Assembly: GCF_009914755.1 (NCBI RefSeq)
Contig: NC_060938.1
Length of the DNA: 64,000 nucleotides
Strand: one strand, 5' to 3'
From: the human T2T-CHM13v2.0 reference genome, Homo sapiens
Below the pieces are notes generated by a model, which saw nothing but the letters and a program-made list of their open reading frames with translations, had not been told where the DNA came from and made no database searches. This document shows positions 1 to 14,790 of the stretch, piece after piece. The first letter of the stretch is position 1, and every line of letters begins with the position of its first letter. Made by a program: the position numbers and the translations under genes.

Positions 1-1893
1 GAATGGAATGGAATGGTGTGGAATCAACACGAGAGGAATGGAACAGAATGGAATGGAACGGAACGGAATGGAAAGGAATGGAATGGAATGAACACGAATG
101 GAATGGAATGGATTGGAATGGAATGGAATGGAATCAACCCGAGCGGGAAGGAATGGAATGGAATGCAGTGGAATGCAATGGAATGGAAAGGAATCAACAG
201 GAATGCAATGGAACGGAATGGGATGGGATGGGATGGAATGGAATGGAATGGAAGTTAATCAACACGAATGGAAAGGAACGGAATGGAATGTAATGGAATG
301 GAATGGAATGGAATGGAATGAACCCGAATGGAATGGAATGGATTGGAATGGAATGGAAAGGAATGGAATGGAATGGAATGGAGTGGAATGCAATGTAATG
401 TAATGTAATGGAATGGAATGGAATCAACATGAATGGAATGGAACGGAATGGAATTGGATGGGATCAATGGAATTGAATGGAAGTTAATCAACATGAATGG
501 AATGGAACCGAATGGAATGGAATGGAATGGAATGGAATGGAATAAACCCAAATGGAATGGAGTGGATTGGAATGGAATGGAATGGAATCAACCCGAGCGG
601 AAAGGAATGGAATGGAATGGAGTGGAATGGAATGTAAAGGAATGGAATGGAATGGAATGGAATCAACACGAATGGAATGGAACGGAATGGAATGCGATGG
701 GATGAAATGGAATGGAATGGAAGTTAATCAACACGAATGGAACGGAACCGAATGGAATGGAATGGAATAGAATGGAATGGAATGGAATGGAATGAAATGT
801 AAAGGAACGGAATGGAATCAACACGAGTGGAATGGAATGGAACGGAATGGAATCAACCCGAGTGGAATGAAATGGAATGTAATGCAATGGGAAGGAATGG
901 AATCAACCCGAGTGGAATGGAATGGAATGGAATGGAATGGAATGGAATGGAATGGAATCAACCCAAGTGCAATGCAATGGAATGGAATGCAATGGAATCC
1001 ACCCGAGTGGAATGGAATGGAATGGAATGGAATGGAATGGAATGGAATGGAATGGAATGGAGTGGAATGGAATGGAATGGAGTGGAATGGAACGGAATGG
1101 AGTGGAATGGAATAAACACCAGGGGAATGAAATGGATTGGAATGAAATAGAATGGAATGGAATGGAATAGAATGAAATCAAACAGATTGGAATGGAACGG
1201 CATGGAATGGAATGGAAGGGAATGAATGGAATGGAATGGTGTGGAATCAACACGAGAGGAATGGAATGGAACGGAATGGAACGGAACGGAATGGAAAGAA
1301 ATGGAATGAAATGACCCCGAAAGGAATGGAATGGATTGGGATGGAATAGAATGGAATCAACCCGAGCGGAAAGGAATGGAATGTAATGGAGTGGAATGTA
1401 ATGGAATGGAATGGAATTGAATGCAATGGAATCAACACGAATGGAATGGAACGGAATGGGATGGGATGGGATGGGATGGAATGTGATGGAATGGAAGTTA
1501 ATCAACACGAATGGAATGGAACGGAATGGAATGGATTGGATTGGAATGGAATGGAATGGAATGAAATGGAAAGGAATGGAATGGAATCAACATGAGTGGA
1601 ATGCAATGGAACGGAATGGAATCAACCCGAGTGGAATGAAATGGAATGCAATGCAATGGGATGGAGTGGAAACAACCCAAGTGGAACGGAATGGAATGGA
1701 ATGGAATGGAATGAAATGGAATGGATCGGAATGGAATCCAATGGAATCAGCTGGAATGGAATGGAATGGAATAAATCCGGGTGGAGTGGAATGGAATGTA
1801 ATGGAGTGGAATGGAATGGAATTTAGTGGAATGGAATGGAAAGGAATGGAATGGAATGGAATGGAATGGAATGGAATGGAATGGAATCAACCC

Positions 1894-4800
1894 GAATGGG
1901 ATGGAATGGAATGGAATTGAATGGAATGCAATGGAATGGAACGGAATGGAATGGAATAAACCAAAGTGCAATGGAATGGAATGGAATGGAATGGAATACA
2001 CCCGAGTGGAATGGAATGGAATGGAATGGAATGGAATGGAATGGAGTGGAATGGAACGGAATGGAGTGGAATGGAATAAACACCAGGGGAATGAAATGGA
2101 TTGGAATGAAATGGATTGGAATGGAATGGAATGGAATGAAATCAACCCGAGTGGAATGGAACGGAATGGAATGGAATGGAAAGGAATGAATGGAATGGAA
2201 TGGTGTGGAATCAACACGAGAGGAATGGAATGGAATGGAATGGAACGGAACGGAATGGAATCAACACGAGTGGAATGGAATGGAACGGAATGGAATCAAC
2301 CCGAGTGGAATGAAATAGAATGTAATGCAATGGGATGGAGTGGAATCAAGCCGAGTGGAATGGAATGGTATGGAATGGAACGAAATGGCATGGATCGGAA
2401 TCAAATACAATGGAATCATCTGGAATGGAATGGAATGTAAAGGAATGTAATGGAATGGAATAAATCCGGGTGGAGTGGAATGGAATGTAATGGAGTGGAA
2501 TATAATGGAATTTAGTGGAATGGAATGGAATGGAATGGTATGGAATAGAATGAAATGGATTGGATCGGAATGGAATCTAATGGAATCAAATGGAATGGAA
2601 TGGAATGGAATGGAATGAAATAAATCCGGGTGGAGTGGAATGGAATGTAATGGAATGGAATGGAATGGATTTTACTGGAATGGAATGGAATGGAATGGAA
2701 TGGAATGGAATGGAATGGAATGGAATGAAATGGAATCAACCCGAATGGAATGGAACGGAATGGAATGGAAAGGAGTGGAATGGAATGGAATGGAATGGAA
2801 TGGCATCAACACGAATGGGATGGCATGGAATGGAATTGAATGGAATGGAATGGAATGGAATGGAATGGAATCAACCATAGTGCAATGGAATGGAATGGAA
2901 CGGAATGGAATCAACACGAGTGGAATGAAATGGAACGGAATGGAAAGGAATGGAATGGAATGGAATGGAATGAAATCAACCCGATTGGAATGGAACGGAA
3001 TGGATTGGAATGGAAAGGATTGAAGCGAATGGTATGGTGTGGAATCAACACGAGAGGAATGGAATGGAATGGAATGGAACGGAATGGAATGGAAAGGAAT
3101 AGAATGGAATGAACACGAATGGAATGGAATGGATTGAAATGGAATGGAATGGAATCAACCAGAGCGGAAAGGAATGGAAGGGAATGGAGTGGAATGTAAT
3201 GTAATGGAATGGAATGGAATGGAATGCAATCAACAGGAATGCAATGGAACGGAATGGAATGCGATGGGATGGAATGGAATGGAATGGAAGTTAATCAACA
3301 CGAATGGAACTGAACGGAATGGAATGGAATGGAATAGAATGGAATTCAATGGAATGGAATGGAATGGAATGGAATGGAATCAACCCGAATGGAATGGAAC
3401 GGAATGGAATGGAATGGAATGGAATGGAATCAACCCGAATGGAATGGAACGAAATGGAATGGAAATGAATGGAATGGAATGGAATGGAATTGAATGGAAT
3501 GTAATAAAACCGAATGGGATGGCATGGAATGGAATTGAATGGAATGGAATGGAATCAACCCGAATGGGATGGCATGGAATGGAATGGAATGGAATGGAAT
3601 GGAATGGAATGGAATCAACCCAAGTGCAATGGAATGGAATGGAATGCAATGGAATCCATCCGAGTGGAATGGAATGGAATGGAATGGAATCGAATGGAAT
3701 GGAATGGAGTGGAATGGAATGGAATGGAGCGGAATGGAATAAACACCAGGGGAATGAAATGGATTGGAATGAAATGGAATGGAATGGAGTGGAATGGAAT
3801 GAAATCAACCCGAGTGGAATGGAACGGTATGGAATAGAATGGAAAGGAATGAATGCAATGGAATGGTGTGGAATCAACACGAGAGGAATGGAATGGAATG
3901 GAATGGAGCGGAACGGAATGGAAAGGAATGGAATGTAATGAACCCGAATGGAATGGAATGGATTGGAATGGAAAGGAATGGAATCAACCAGAGCGGAAAA
4001 GAATGGAATGGAATGGAGTGGAATGGAATGGAATGGAATGGAATGGAATGGAATGGAATGGAATCAACACGAATGAAATGGAATGGAATGGAATGGGATG
4101 GGATGGAAAGGAATGGAATGCAAGTTAATCAACACGAATGGAATGGAACGGAATGGAATGGAATGAAAAGGAAAGGAACAGAATGGCATCAACGCGAGTG
4201 GAATGGAATGGAACGGAATGGAATCAACCCGAGTGGAATGAAATGGAACGTAATGCAATGGGATGGAGTGGAATCACCCCGAGTGGAATGGAATGCAATG
4301 GAATGGAATGAAGTGGAATGGATCGGAATGGAATCCAATGGAATCAACTGGAATGGAATGGAATGGAATGGAATGGAATAAATCCGGGTGGAGAGGAATG
4401 GAATGTAATGGAGTGGAATGAAATGGAATTTAGTGGAATGGAATGGAATGGAATGGAATGGAATGGAATGGAATGGAATGAACCCGAATGGAATGGAATG
4501 GATTGGAACGGAATGGAATGGAATCAACCGTAGCCGAAAGGAATGGAAAGGAATGCAGTGGAATGGAATTTAATGGAATGGAATGGAATCAACACGAATG
4601 GAATGGAACGGAATGGAATGGGATGGAATGGAACGGAATGGAATTGGATGGGATGGAATGGAATGGAATGGAAGTTAATCAACACGAATGGAATGGAACA
4701 GACTGGAATGGAATGGAATGGAATGGAGTGGAATGAAATGGAAAGGAACGGAATGGCATCAACACGAGTGGAATGGAATGGAACGGAATGGAATCAACCC

Positions 4801-5145
4801 GAGTGGGATGAAATGGAATGTAATGCAATGGGATGGAGTGGAATCAACCCGAGTGGAATGAAATGGAATGGAATGGAATGGAATGGAGTGGAATGGAATG
4901 GAATGGAATGAAATGGAATGGATCGGAATGGAATCCAATGGAATCAACTGGAATGGAATGGAATGGAATGGAATGGAATAAATCCGAGTGGAGTGGAATG
5001 GAATGGAATGGAGTGGAATGTAATGGAATTTAGTGGAATGGAATGGAATGGAATGGAATGGAGTGGAATATAATGGAATTTAGTGGAATGGAATGGAATG
5101 GAATGGAATGAAATGGATTGGAATGGAATGGAATGGAATCAACCA
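1894..5145 (+). repeat. 3.24-3.25 kb tandem duplication, copy 1 (monomers X,Y)
   Basis: Rare markers (AAACCAAAGT, CAAGCCGAGT, CAACCATAGT, GATTGAAGCGAAT, CAACCGTAGCCGAAA) recur at offsets of 3252, 3242 and 3237. Identical ORFs at 3144/6386 and 4064/7301. Confidence 0.93.
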
Positions 5146-8100
5146 GAATGGGATGGAATGGAATGGAATTGAATGGAATGCAATGGAATGGAACGGAATG
5201 GAATGGAATAAACCAAAGTGCAATGGAATGGAATGGAATGGAATGGAATACACCCGAGTGGAATGGAATGGAATGGAATGGAATGGAATGGAATGGAGTG
5301 GAATGGAACGGAATGGAGTGGAATGGAATAAACACCAGGGGAATGAAATGGATTGGAATGAAATGGATTGGAATGGAATGGAATGGAATGAAATCAACCC
5401 GAGTGGAATGGAACGGAATGGAATGGAATGGAAAGGAATGAATGGAATGGAATGGTGTGGAATCAACACGAGAGGAATGGAATGGAATGGAATGGAACGG
5501 AACGGAATGGAATCAACACGAGTGGAATGGAATGGAACGGAATGGAATCAACCCGAGTGGAATGAAATAGAATGTAATGCAATGGGATGGAGTGGAATCA
5601 AGCCGAGTGGAATGGAATGGTATGGAATGGAACGAAATGGCATGGATCGGAATCAAATACAATGGAATCATCTGGAATGGAATGGAATGTAAAGGAATGT
5701 AATGGAATGGAATAAATCCGGGTGGAGTGGAATGGAATGTAATGGAGTGGAATATAATGGAATTTAGTGGAATGGAATGGAATGGAATGGTATGGAATAG
5801 AATGAAATGGATTGGATCGGAATGGAATCTAATGGAATCAAATGGAATGGAATGGAATGGAATGGAATGAAATAAATCCGGGTGGAGTGGAATGGAATGT
5901 AATGGAATGGAATGGAATGGATTTTACTGGAATGGAATGGAATGGAATGGAATGGAATGGAATGGAATGAAATGGAATCAACCCGAATGGAATGGAACGG
6001 AATGGAATGGAAAGGAGTGGAATGGAATGGAATGGAATGGAATGGCATCAACACGAATGGGATGGCATGGAATGGAATTGAATGGAATGGAATGGAATGG
6101 AATGGAATGGAATCAACCATAGTGCAATGGAATGGAATGGAACGGAATGGAATCAACACGAGTGGAATGAAATGGAACGGAATGGAAAGGAATGGAATGG
6201 AATGGAATGGAATGAAATCAACCCGATTGGAATGGAACGGAATGGATTGGAATGGAAAGGATTGAAGCGAATGGTATGGTGTGGAATCAACACGAGAGGA
6301 ATGGAATGGAATGGAATGGAACGGAATGGAATGGAAAGGAATAGAATGGAATGAACACGAATGGAATGGAATGGATTGAAATGGAATGGAATGGAATCAA
6401 CCAGAGCGGAAAGGAATGGAAGGGAATGGAGTGGAATGTAATGTAATGGAATGGAATGGAATGGAATGCAATCAACAGGAATGCAATGGAACGGAATGGA
6501 ATGCGATGGGATGGAATGGAATGGAATGGAAGTTAATCAACACGAATGGAACTGAACGGAATGGAATGGAATGGAATAGAATGGAATTCAATGGAATGGA
6601 ATGGAATGGAATGGAATGGAATCAACCCGAATGGAATGGAACGGAATGGAATGGAATGGAATGGAATGGAATCAACCCGAATGGAATGGAACGAAATGGA
6701 ATGGAAATGAATGGAATGGAATGGAATGGAATTGAATGGAATGTAATAAAACCGAATGGGATGGCATGGAATGGAATTGAATGGAATGGAATGGAATCAA
6801 CCCGAATGGGATGGCATGGAATGGAATGGAATGGAATGGAATGGAATGGAATGGAATCAACCCAAGTGCAATGGAATGGAATGGAATGCAATGGAATCCA
6901 TCCGAGTGGAATGGAATGGAATGGAATGGAATCGAATGGAATGGAATGGAGTGGAATGGAATGGAATGGAGCGGAATGGAATAAACACCAGGGGAATGAA
7001 ATGGATTGGAATGAAATGGAATGGAATGGAGTGGAATGGAATGAAATCAACCCGAGTGGAATGGAACGGTATGGAATAGAATGGAAAGGAATGAATGCAA
7101 TGGAATGGTGTGGAATCAACACGAGAGGAATGGAATGGAATGGAATGGAGCGGAACGGAATGGAAAGGAATGGAATGTAATGAACCCGAATGGAATGGAA
7201 TGGATTGGAATGGAAAGGAATGGAATCAACCAGAGCGGAAAAGAATGGAATGGAATGGAGTGGAATGGAATGGAATGGAATGGAATGGAATGGAATGGAA
7301 TCAACACGAATGAAATGGAATGGAATGGAATGGGATGGGATGGAAAGGAATGGAATGCAAGTTAATCAACACGAATGGAATGGAACGGAATGGAATGGAA
7401 TGAAAAGGAAAGGAACAGAATGGCATCAACGCGAGTGGAATGGAATGGAACGGAATGGAATCAACCCGAGTGGAATGAAATGGAACGTAATGCAATGGGA
7501 TGGAGTGGAATCACCCCGAGTGGAATGGAATGCAATGGAATGGAATGAAGTGGAATGGATCGGAATGGAATCCAATGGAATCAACTGGAATGGAATGGAA
7601 TGGAATGGAATGGAATAAATCCGGGTGGAGAGGAATGGAATGTAATGGAGTGGAATGAAATGGAATTTAGTGGAATGGAATGGAATGGAATGGAATGGAA
7701 TGGAATGGAATGGAATGAACCCGAATGGAATGGAATGGATTGGAACGGAATGGAATGGAATCAACCGTAGCCGAAAGGAATGGAAAGGAATGCAGTGGAA
7801 TGGAATTTAATGGAATGGAATGGAATCAACACGAATGGAATGGAACGGAATGGAATGGGATGGAATGGAATGGAATGGAATTGGATGGGATGGAATGGAA
7901 TGGAATGGAAGTTAATCAACACGAATGGAATGGAACAGACTGGAATGGAATGGAATGGAATGGAGTGGAATGAAATGGAAAGGAACGGAATGGCATCAAC
8001 ACGAGTGGAATGGAATGGAACGGAATGGAATCAACCCGAGTGGGATGAAATGGAATGTAATGCAATGGGATGGAGTGGAATCAACCCGAGTGGAATGAAA

Positions 8101-8383
8101 TGGAATGGAATGGAATGGAATGGAGTGGAATGGAATGGAATGGAATGAAATGGAATGGATCGGAATGGAATCCAATGGAATCAACTGGAATGGAATGGAA
8201 TGGAATGGAATGGAATAAATCCGAGTGGAGTGGAATGGAATGGAATGGAGTGGAATGTAATGGAATTTAGTGGAATGGAATGGAATGGAATGGAATGGAG
8301 TGGAATATAATGGAATTTAGTGGAATGGAATGGAATGGAATGGAATGAAATGGATTGGAATGGAATGGAATGGAATCAACCAG
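5146..8383 (+). repeat. 3.24 kb tandem duplication, copy 2
   Basis: The junction at ~5145 joins CAACCAGAAT (also at 8377) to GGGATGGAATGGAATGGAATTGAAT (also at ~1898). Confidence 0.93.
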
Positions 8384-8449
8384 AATGGAGTGGAACGGAA
8401 TGGAATGGAATGGAATGGAATGGAATAGAATGGAATGGAATCAACACGA

Positions 8450-8461
8450 ATGACGTGGCAT
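8450..8461 (+). promoter_or_regulatory. Motif match only: ATGACGTGGCAT (CREB3/XBP1/ATF6 UPRE-like); also at 22596, 40291 and 50898
   Basis: The sequence is seen directly and contains the known UPRE core TGACGTGG. There is no evidence of binding or function. Confidence 0.2.
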
Positions 8462-8696
8462 AGAATGGAATGGAATGGAATGGAATGGAATGGAATGGAA
8501 TGGAATCAACCCGAATGGAATGGAACGAAATGGAAGGGAAATGAATGGAATGGAATGGAATGGAATGGAATGGAATGGAATGGAATCAACCCGAGCGGAA
8601 AGGAATAGAATGGAATGGAGTGGAATGGAATGGAATGCAATGGAATGGAATGGAATGGAATGGAATCAACACGAATGGAATGGAACGGGATGGAAT

Positions 8697-8826
8697 GGGA
8701 TGGGAAGGAATGGAATGGAATGCAAGTTAATCAAAACGAATGGAATGGAACGGAATGGAATGGGATGGGAAGGAATGGAATGGAATGCAAGTTAATCAAG
8801 ACGAATGGAATGGAACGGAATGGAAT
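8697..8826 (+). repeat. 65-bp local tandem duplication in linker L
   Basis: GGGAAGGAATGGAATGGAATGCAAGTTAATCAA(A/G)ACG occurs twice (GCAAGTTAA at 8722 and 8787). It is single in the paralogous linker at ~51140-51200. Confidence 0.8.
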
Positions 8827-10139
8827 GGAATGAAAAGGAAAGGAAAAGCATTGCATCAACACGAGTGGGATGGAATGGAACGGAATGGAATCAACCAGTG
8901 TGGAATGAAATGGAATGTAATGCAGTGGGATGGAGTGGAATCACCCCGAGTGGAATGGAATGGAATGAAATGGAATGGATCGGAATGGAATCCAATGGAA
9001 TCAACTGGAATGGAATGGAATGGAATGGAATGGAATGGAATGGAATGGAATAAATCCGGGTGGAGTGGAATGGAATGTAATGGAGTGGAATGTAATGGAA
9101 TTTAGTGGAATGGAATGGAATGGAATGGAATGAAATGGATTGGAATGGAATGGAATCAACCCGAATGGAATGGAACGGAATGGAATGGAATGGAATGGAA
9201 TGGAATGGAATGGAATGGAATGGAATCAACACGAATGACATGGCATAGAATGGAATGGAATGGAATGGAATGGAAAGGAATAGAATCAACCCGAATGGAA
9301 TGGAACGAAATGGAATGGAAATGAATGGAATGGAATGGAATGTAATTGAATGGAATGGAATCAACCCGAATGGCATGGCATGGAATGGAATGGAATGGAA
9401 TGGAATGGAATGGAATGGAATCAACACAAGTGCAATGGAATGGAATGGAATGCAATGGAATTGAATGGAATGCAATGGAATCCACCCGAGTTGAATGGAA
9501 TGGAATGGAATGGAATGGAATGGAATGGAATGGAATGGAATGGAGTGTAATGGAACGGAATGGAGTGGAATGGAATAAACACCAGGGGAATGAAATGGAT
9601 TGGAATGAAATGGAATGGAATGGAGTGGAATGGAATGAAATCAACCCGAGTGGAATGGAACGGAATGGAATAGAATGGAAAGGAATGAATGGAATTGAAT
9701 TGTGTGGAATCAACACGAGAGGAATGGAATGGAATGGAATGGAACGGAACGGAATGGAAAGGAATGGAATGGAATGAACCCGAATGGAATGGAATGGATT
9801 GGAATGGAATGGAATGGAATCAACCCGAGCGGAAAGGAATGGAATGGAATGGAGTGGAATGGAATGCAATGGAATGGAATGGAATGGAATCAACACGAAT
9901 GGAATGGAACGGAATGGAATGGGATGGGATGGAATGGAATGGAATGTAAGTTAATCAACACGAATGGAATGGAACGGAATGGAATGGAATGAAAAGGAAA
10001 GGAACAGAATGGCATCAACACGAATGGAATGGAATGGAACGGAAAGGAATCAACCCGAGTGGAATGAAATGGAATGTAATGCAATGGGATGGAGGGGAAT
10101 CACCCCGAGTGGAATGGAATGGAATGGAACGGAATGAAA

Positions 10140-10870
10140 TGGAATGGATCGGAATGGAATCCAATGGAATCAACTGGAATGGAATGGAATGGAATGGAAT
10201 GGAATGGAATAAATCCGGGTGGAGTGGAATGGAATGTAATGGATTGGAATGAAATGGAATTTAGTGGAATGGAATGGAATGGAATGGAATGGAATGGAAT
10301 GAAATGGATTGGATCGCAATGGAATACAATGGAATCAACTGGAATGGAATGGAATGGAATGGAATGGAATAAATCCGGTTGGAGTGGAATGGAATGGAAT
10401 GGAGTGGAATGGATTGGAATTTAGTGGAATGGAATGGAATGGAATGGAATGGATTTAATTGGAATGGAATCCATTGGAATCAACTGGAATGGAAAGGAAT
10501 GGAATGCAATGGAATGTAACGGAATTTAATGGAATGGAATGGAATGGAATGGAATGAAATGGATTGGATAGGAATGGAATCCAATGGAATCAACTGGAAT
10601 GGAATGGAATGGAATGGAATGCAATGGAATGGAATAAATCCGGGTGGAGTGGAATGGAATGTAATGGAGTGGAATGCAATGGAATTTAGTGGAATGGAAT
10701 GGAATGGAAGGGAATGGAATGGAATGGAATGGAATGAAAGGGATTGGATTGGAATGGAATCCAATGGAATCAACTGGAATGGAATGGAATTAAATGGAAA
10801 GGAATAAATCCGGGTGGAGTGGAATGGAATGTAATGGAGTGGAATGGAATGGAATTTAGTGGAATAGAAT
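10140..10870 (+). repeat. Internal ~110-180 bp sub-repeat array within monomer A
   Basis: The module (C/A)CA(A/T)TGGAATCAACT...AAATCCGGGT...TTAGT...GAAATGGATT starts at ~10161, 10326, 10471, 10581 and 10761. The same array occurs at ~27960-28680, ~52500-53060 and ~55770-56490. Confidence 0.85.
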
Positions 10871-13800
10871 GGAATGGAATGGAATGGAATGGAATGGAAT
10901 GGAAAGGCATCAAACCTAATGGAACGGAACGGAATGGAATGGAATGGAATGGAATGGAATGGAATGGAATGGAATGGAACGGAATGGAATCAACCCGAAT
11001 GGGATGGCACGGAATTGATGAATGGAATGGAATGGAATGGAATGGAATGGAATGGAATGGAATCAACCCAAGTGCATTGGAATGGAATGGAATGCAATGG
11101 AATCCAACCGAGTGGATTGGAATGGAATGGAACGGAATGGAATGGAATGGAATGGAGTGGAATGGAACGTAAGGGAGTGGAATGCAATAAACACAACGGG
11201 AATGAAATGGATTGGAATGAAATGGAATGGAATGGAATGGAATGAAATCAAGCAGAGTTGAATTGAACGGAATGGAATGGAATGGAAAGGAATGAATGGA
11301 ATGGAATGGTGTGGAATCAACACGAGAGGAATGGAATGGAATTTAATGGAACGGAATAGAATGGAAAGGAATGGAATGGAATGAACCCGAATGGAATGGA
11401 ATGGATCGGAATGGAATCCAATGGAATCAAGTGGAATAGAATGGAATGTAATGGAATGGAATGGAATGGAATGGAATGAAATGGAATGGATCGGAATGGA
11501 ATCCAATGGAATCAAGTGGAATGGAATAGAATGGAATGGAATGGAGTGGAATGGAATGGAATGCAATGGAATGGAATGCAATGGAATCCACCCGAGTGGA
11601 ATGGAATGGAATGGAATGGAATGGAATGGAATGGAATGGAATGGAATGGAGTGGAATGGAACGGAATGGAGTGGAATGGAATAAACACCAGGGGAATGAA
11701 ATGGATTGGAATGAAATAGAATGGAATGGAATGGAATAGAATGAAATCAAACAGATTGGAATGGAACGGCATGGAATGGAATGGAAGGGAATGAATGGAA
11801 TGGAATGGTGTGGAATCAACACGAGAGGAATGGAATGGAACGGAATGGAACGGAACGGAATGGAAAGAAATGGAATGAAATGAACCCGAAAGGAATGGAA
11901 TGGATTGGGATGGAATAGAATGGAATCAACCCGAGCGGAAAGGAATGGAATGGAATGGAGTGGAATGTAATGGAATGGAATGGAATTGAATGCAATGGAA
12001 TCAACACGAATGGAATGGAACGGAATGGAATGGGATGGGATGGGATGGAATGTGATGGAATGGAAGTTAATCAACACGAATGGAATGGAACGGAATGGAA
12101 TGGATTGGAATGGAATGGAATGGAATGGAATGAAATGGAAAGGAATGGAATGGAATCAACACGAGTGGAATGCAATGGAACGGAATGGAATCAACCCGAG
12201 TGGAATGAAATGGAATGCAATGCAATGGGATGGAGTGGAATCAACCCGAGTGGAATGGAATGGAATGGAATGGAACGAAATGGAATGGATCGGAATGGAA
12301 TCCAATGGAATCAACTGGAATGGAATGGAATGGAATAGAATGGAATGGAATGGAATGGAATAGAATGGAATGGAATGGAATGGAATGGAATGGAATGGAA
12401 TGAAGTAAATCCGGGTGGAGTGGATTGGAATGTAATGGAGTGTAATGTAATGGGATTTAGTGGAATGGAATGGAATGGAATGGAATGAAATGGATTGGAT
12501 TGGAATGGAATCCATTGGAATCAACTGGAATGGAATGGAATGGATTAAATCCGGGTGGAGTGGAATGGAATGTAATGGAGTGGAATGGAATGGATTTTAC
12601 TGGAATTGAATGGAATGGAATGGAATGGAATGGAATGGAATGGAATGGAATGGTATAAACCCGAATGGAATGGAACGGAATCAACCCGAATGGAATGGAA
12701 CGGAATGGAATGGAAAGAATGGAATGGAATGGAATGGAATGGAATGGAATGGAATGGAATGGAGTGGAATGGAACGTAATGGAGAGGAATGGAATAAACA
12801 CCAGGGGAATGAAATGGATTGGAATGAAATGGAATGGAATGGAATGGAATGGAATGGAATGGAATGGAGTGAAATCAACCCGAGTGGAATGCAACGGAAT
12901 GGAATGGAATGGAAAGGAATGAATGGAATGGAGTGGTGTGGAATCAACACAAGAGAAATGGAATGGAATGGAATGGAATGGAATGGAATGGAACGGAATG
13001 GAAAGGAACGGAATGGAATGAACCCGAATGGAATGGAATGGATTGGAATGGAATGGAATGGAATGGAATGGAATGAACCCGAATGGAATGGAATGGATTG
13101 GAATGGAATGGAATGGAATCAACCCGACCGGAAAGGAATGGAATGGAATGGAGTGGAATGGAATGAAATGGAATGGAATGGAATGGAATGGAATCAACAC
13201 GAATGGAGTGGAACAGAATGGAATGGGATGGGATGGAATGGAATGGAATGGAAGTTAATCAACACCAATGGAATGGAACGGTGTGGAATGGAATGGAATG
13301 GAAAGGAATGGAATAAACCCGAATGGAATGGAATGAATTGGAATGGAATCAACCCGACTGGAATGATATGGAATGAAATGCAATGGGATGGAGTGGAATC
13401 AACCCGAGTGGAATGGAATGGAATGGAATGAAATGGAATGGATCGGAATGGAATCCAATGGAATCAACTGGAATGGAATGGAATGGAACGGAATGGAATG
13501 GAATGGAATAAATCAGGGTGGAATGGAATGGAATGTAATGGAGTGGAATGTAATGGAATTTAGTGGAATGGAATGGAATGGAATGGAATGGAAAGGAATG
13601 GAATGGAATGAAATGGATTGGATTGGAATGGAATCCAATGGAATCAACTGGAATGGAATGGAATGGAATGGAATGGAATGGAATGGAATAAATCCGGGTG
13701 GAGTGGAATGGAATGTAATGGAGTGGAATGGAATGGAATTTAGTGGAATGGAATGGAATGGAATGCAATGGAATGGAATGGAATGGAATGGAATTTAGTG

Positions 13801-14532
13801 GAATGGAATGGAATGGAATGGAATGGAATGGAATCAACCCGAATGGAATGGAACGGAATGGAATGGAAAGGAATGGAATGGAATGGATTCAACCCGAATG
13901 GAATGGAACGGAATGGAATGGAAAGGAATGGAACGGAATGGAATGGAATCAACCCAAATGGGATGGCATGGAATGGAATTGAATGGAATGGAATGGAATG
14001 GAATGGAATCAACCCAAGTGCAATGGAAAGGAATGGAATGCAATGGAATCCACCCGAGTGGAATGGAATGGAATGGAATGGAATGGAATGGAATGGAATG
14101 GAATGGAGTGGAATGGAAAGGAATGGAGTGGAATGGAATAAACACCAGGGGAATGAAATGGATTGGAATGAATTTGAATGGAATCGAATGGAATGGAATG
14201 AAATAAACCGAGTGGAATGGAACGGAATGGAATGGAATGGAATGGAAATGAATGAATGGAATGGAGTGGTGTGGAATCAACACGAGAGGAATGGAATGGT
14301 ATGGAACGGAACGGAATGGAAAGGAATGGAATGGAATGAACCCGAATGGAATGGAATGGATTGAATTGGAATGGAATGGAATCAACACGAGCAGAAAGGA
14401 ATGGAATGGAATGGAGTGGAATGGAATGTAATGGAATGGAATTGAATGGAATATAATGGAATCAACCCGAGAGGAAAGGAATGGAATGGAATTGAGTGGA
14501 ATGTAATGTAATGTAAAGGAATGGAATGGAAT

Positions 14533-14790
14533 CACCACGAATGGAATGGAACGGAATGGAATGGGATGGGATGGAATGGAATGGAATGGAAGTTAATCAA
14601 CACGAATGGAATGGAACGGAATGGAATGGAATGGAATGGAATGGAATGGAATGGAATGGAATGGAATAGAATGGAATGGAATCACCACGAATGGAATGGA
14701 ATGGAATGGAATGGGATGGGATGGAATGGAATGGAATGGAAGTTAATCAACACGAATGGAATGGAACGGAATGGAATGGAATGGAATGGA
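14533..14790 (+). repeat. ~140-150 bp internal duplication in monomer E
   Basis: CACCACGAAT...GGAAGTTAATCAACACG occurs twice, at 14533/14683, and in all six E copies (26708/26853, 32278/32423, 42925/43075, 54506/54656, 62129/62269). Confidence 0.85.

Noticed and set aside
220-240. G-quadruplex potential at GGGATGGGATGGGAT
   Set aside because: Most such sites have only two or three G3 tracts, so there is no consistent canonical G4 pattern.
250-265. GTTAATCAAC as a palindrome or HNF1/homeodomain site in each monomer
   Set aside because: Only 3 bp of dyad symmetry and a half-site match, which is too weak.
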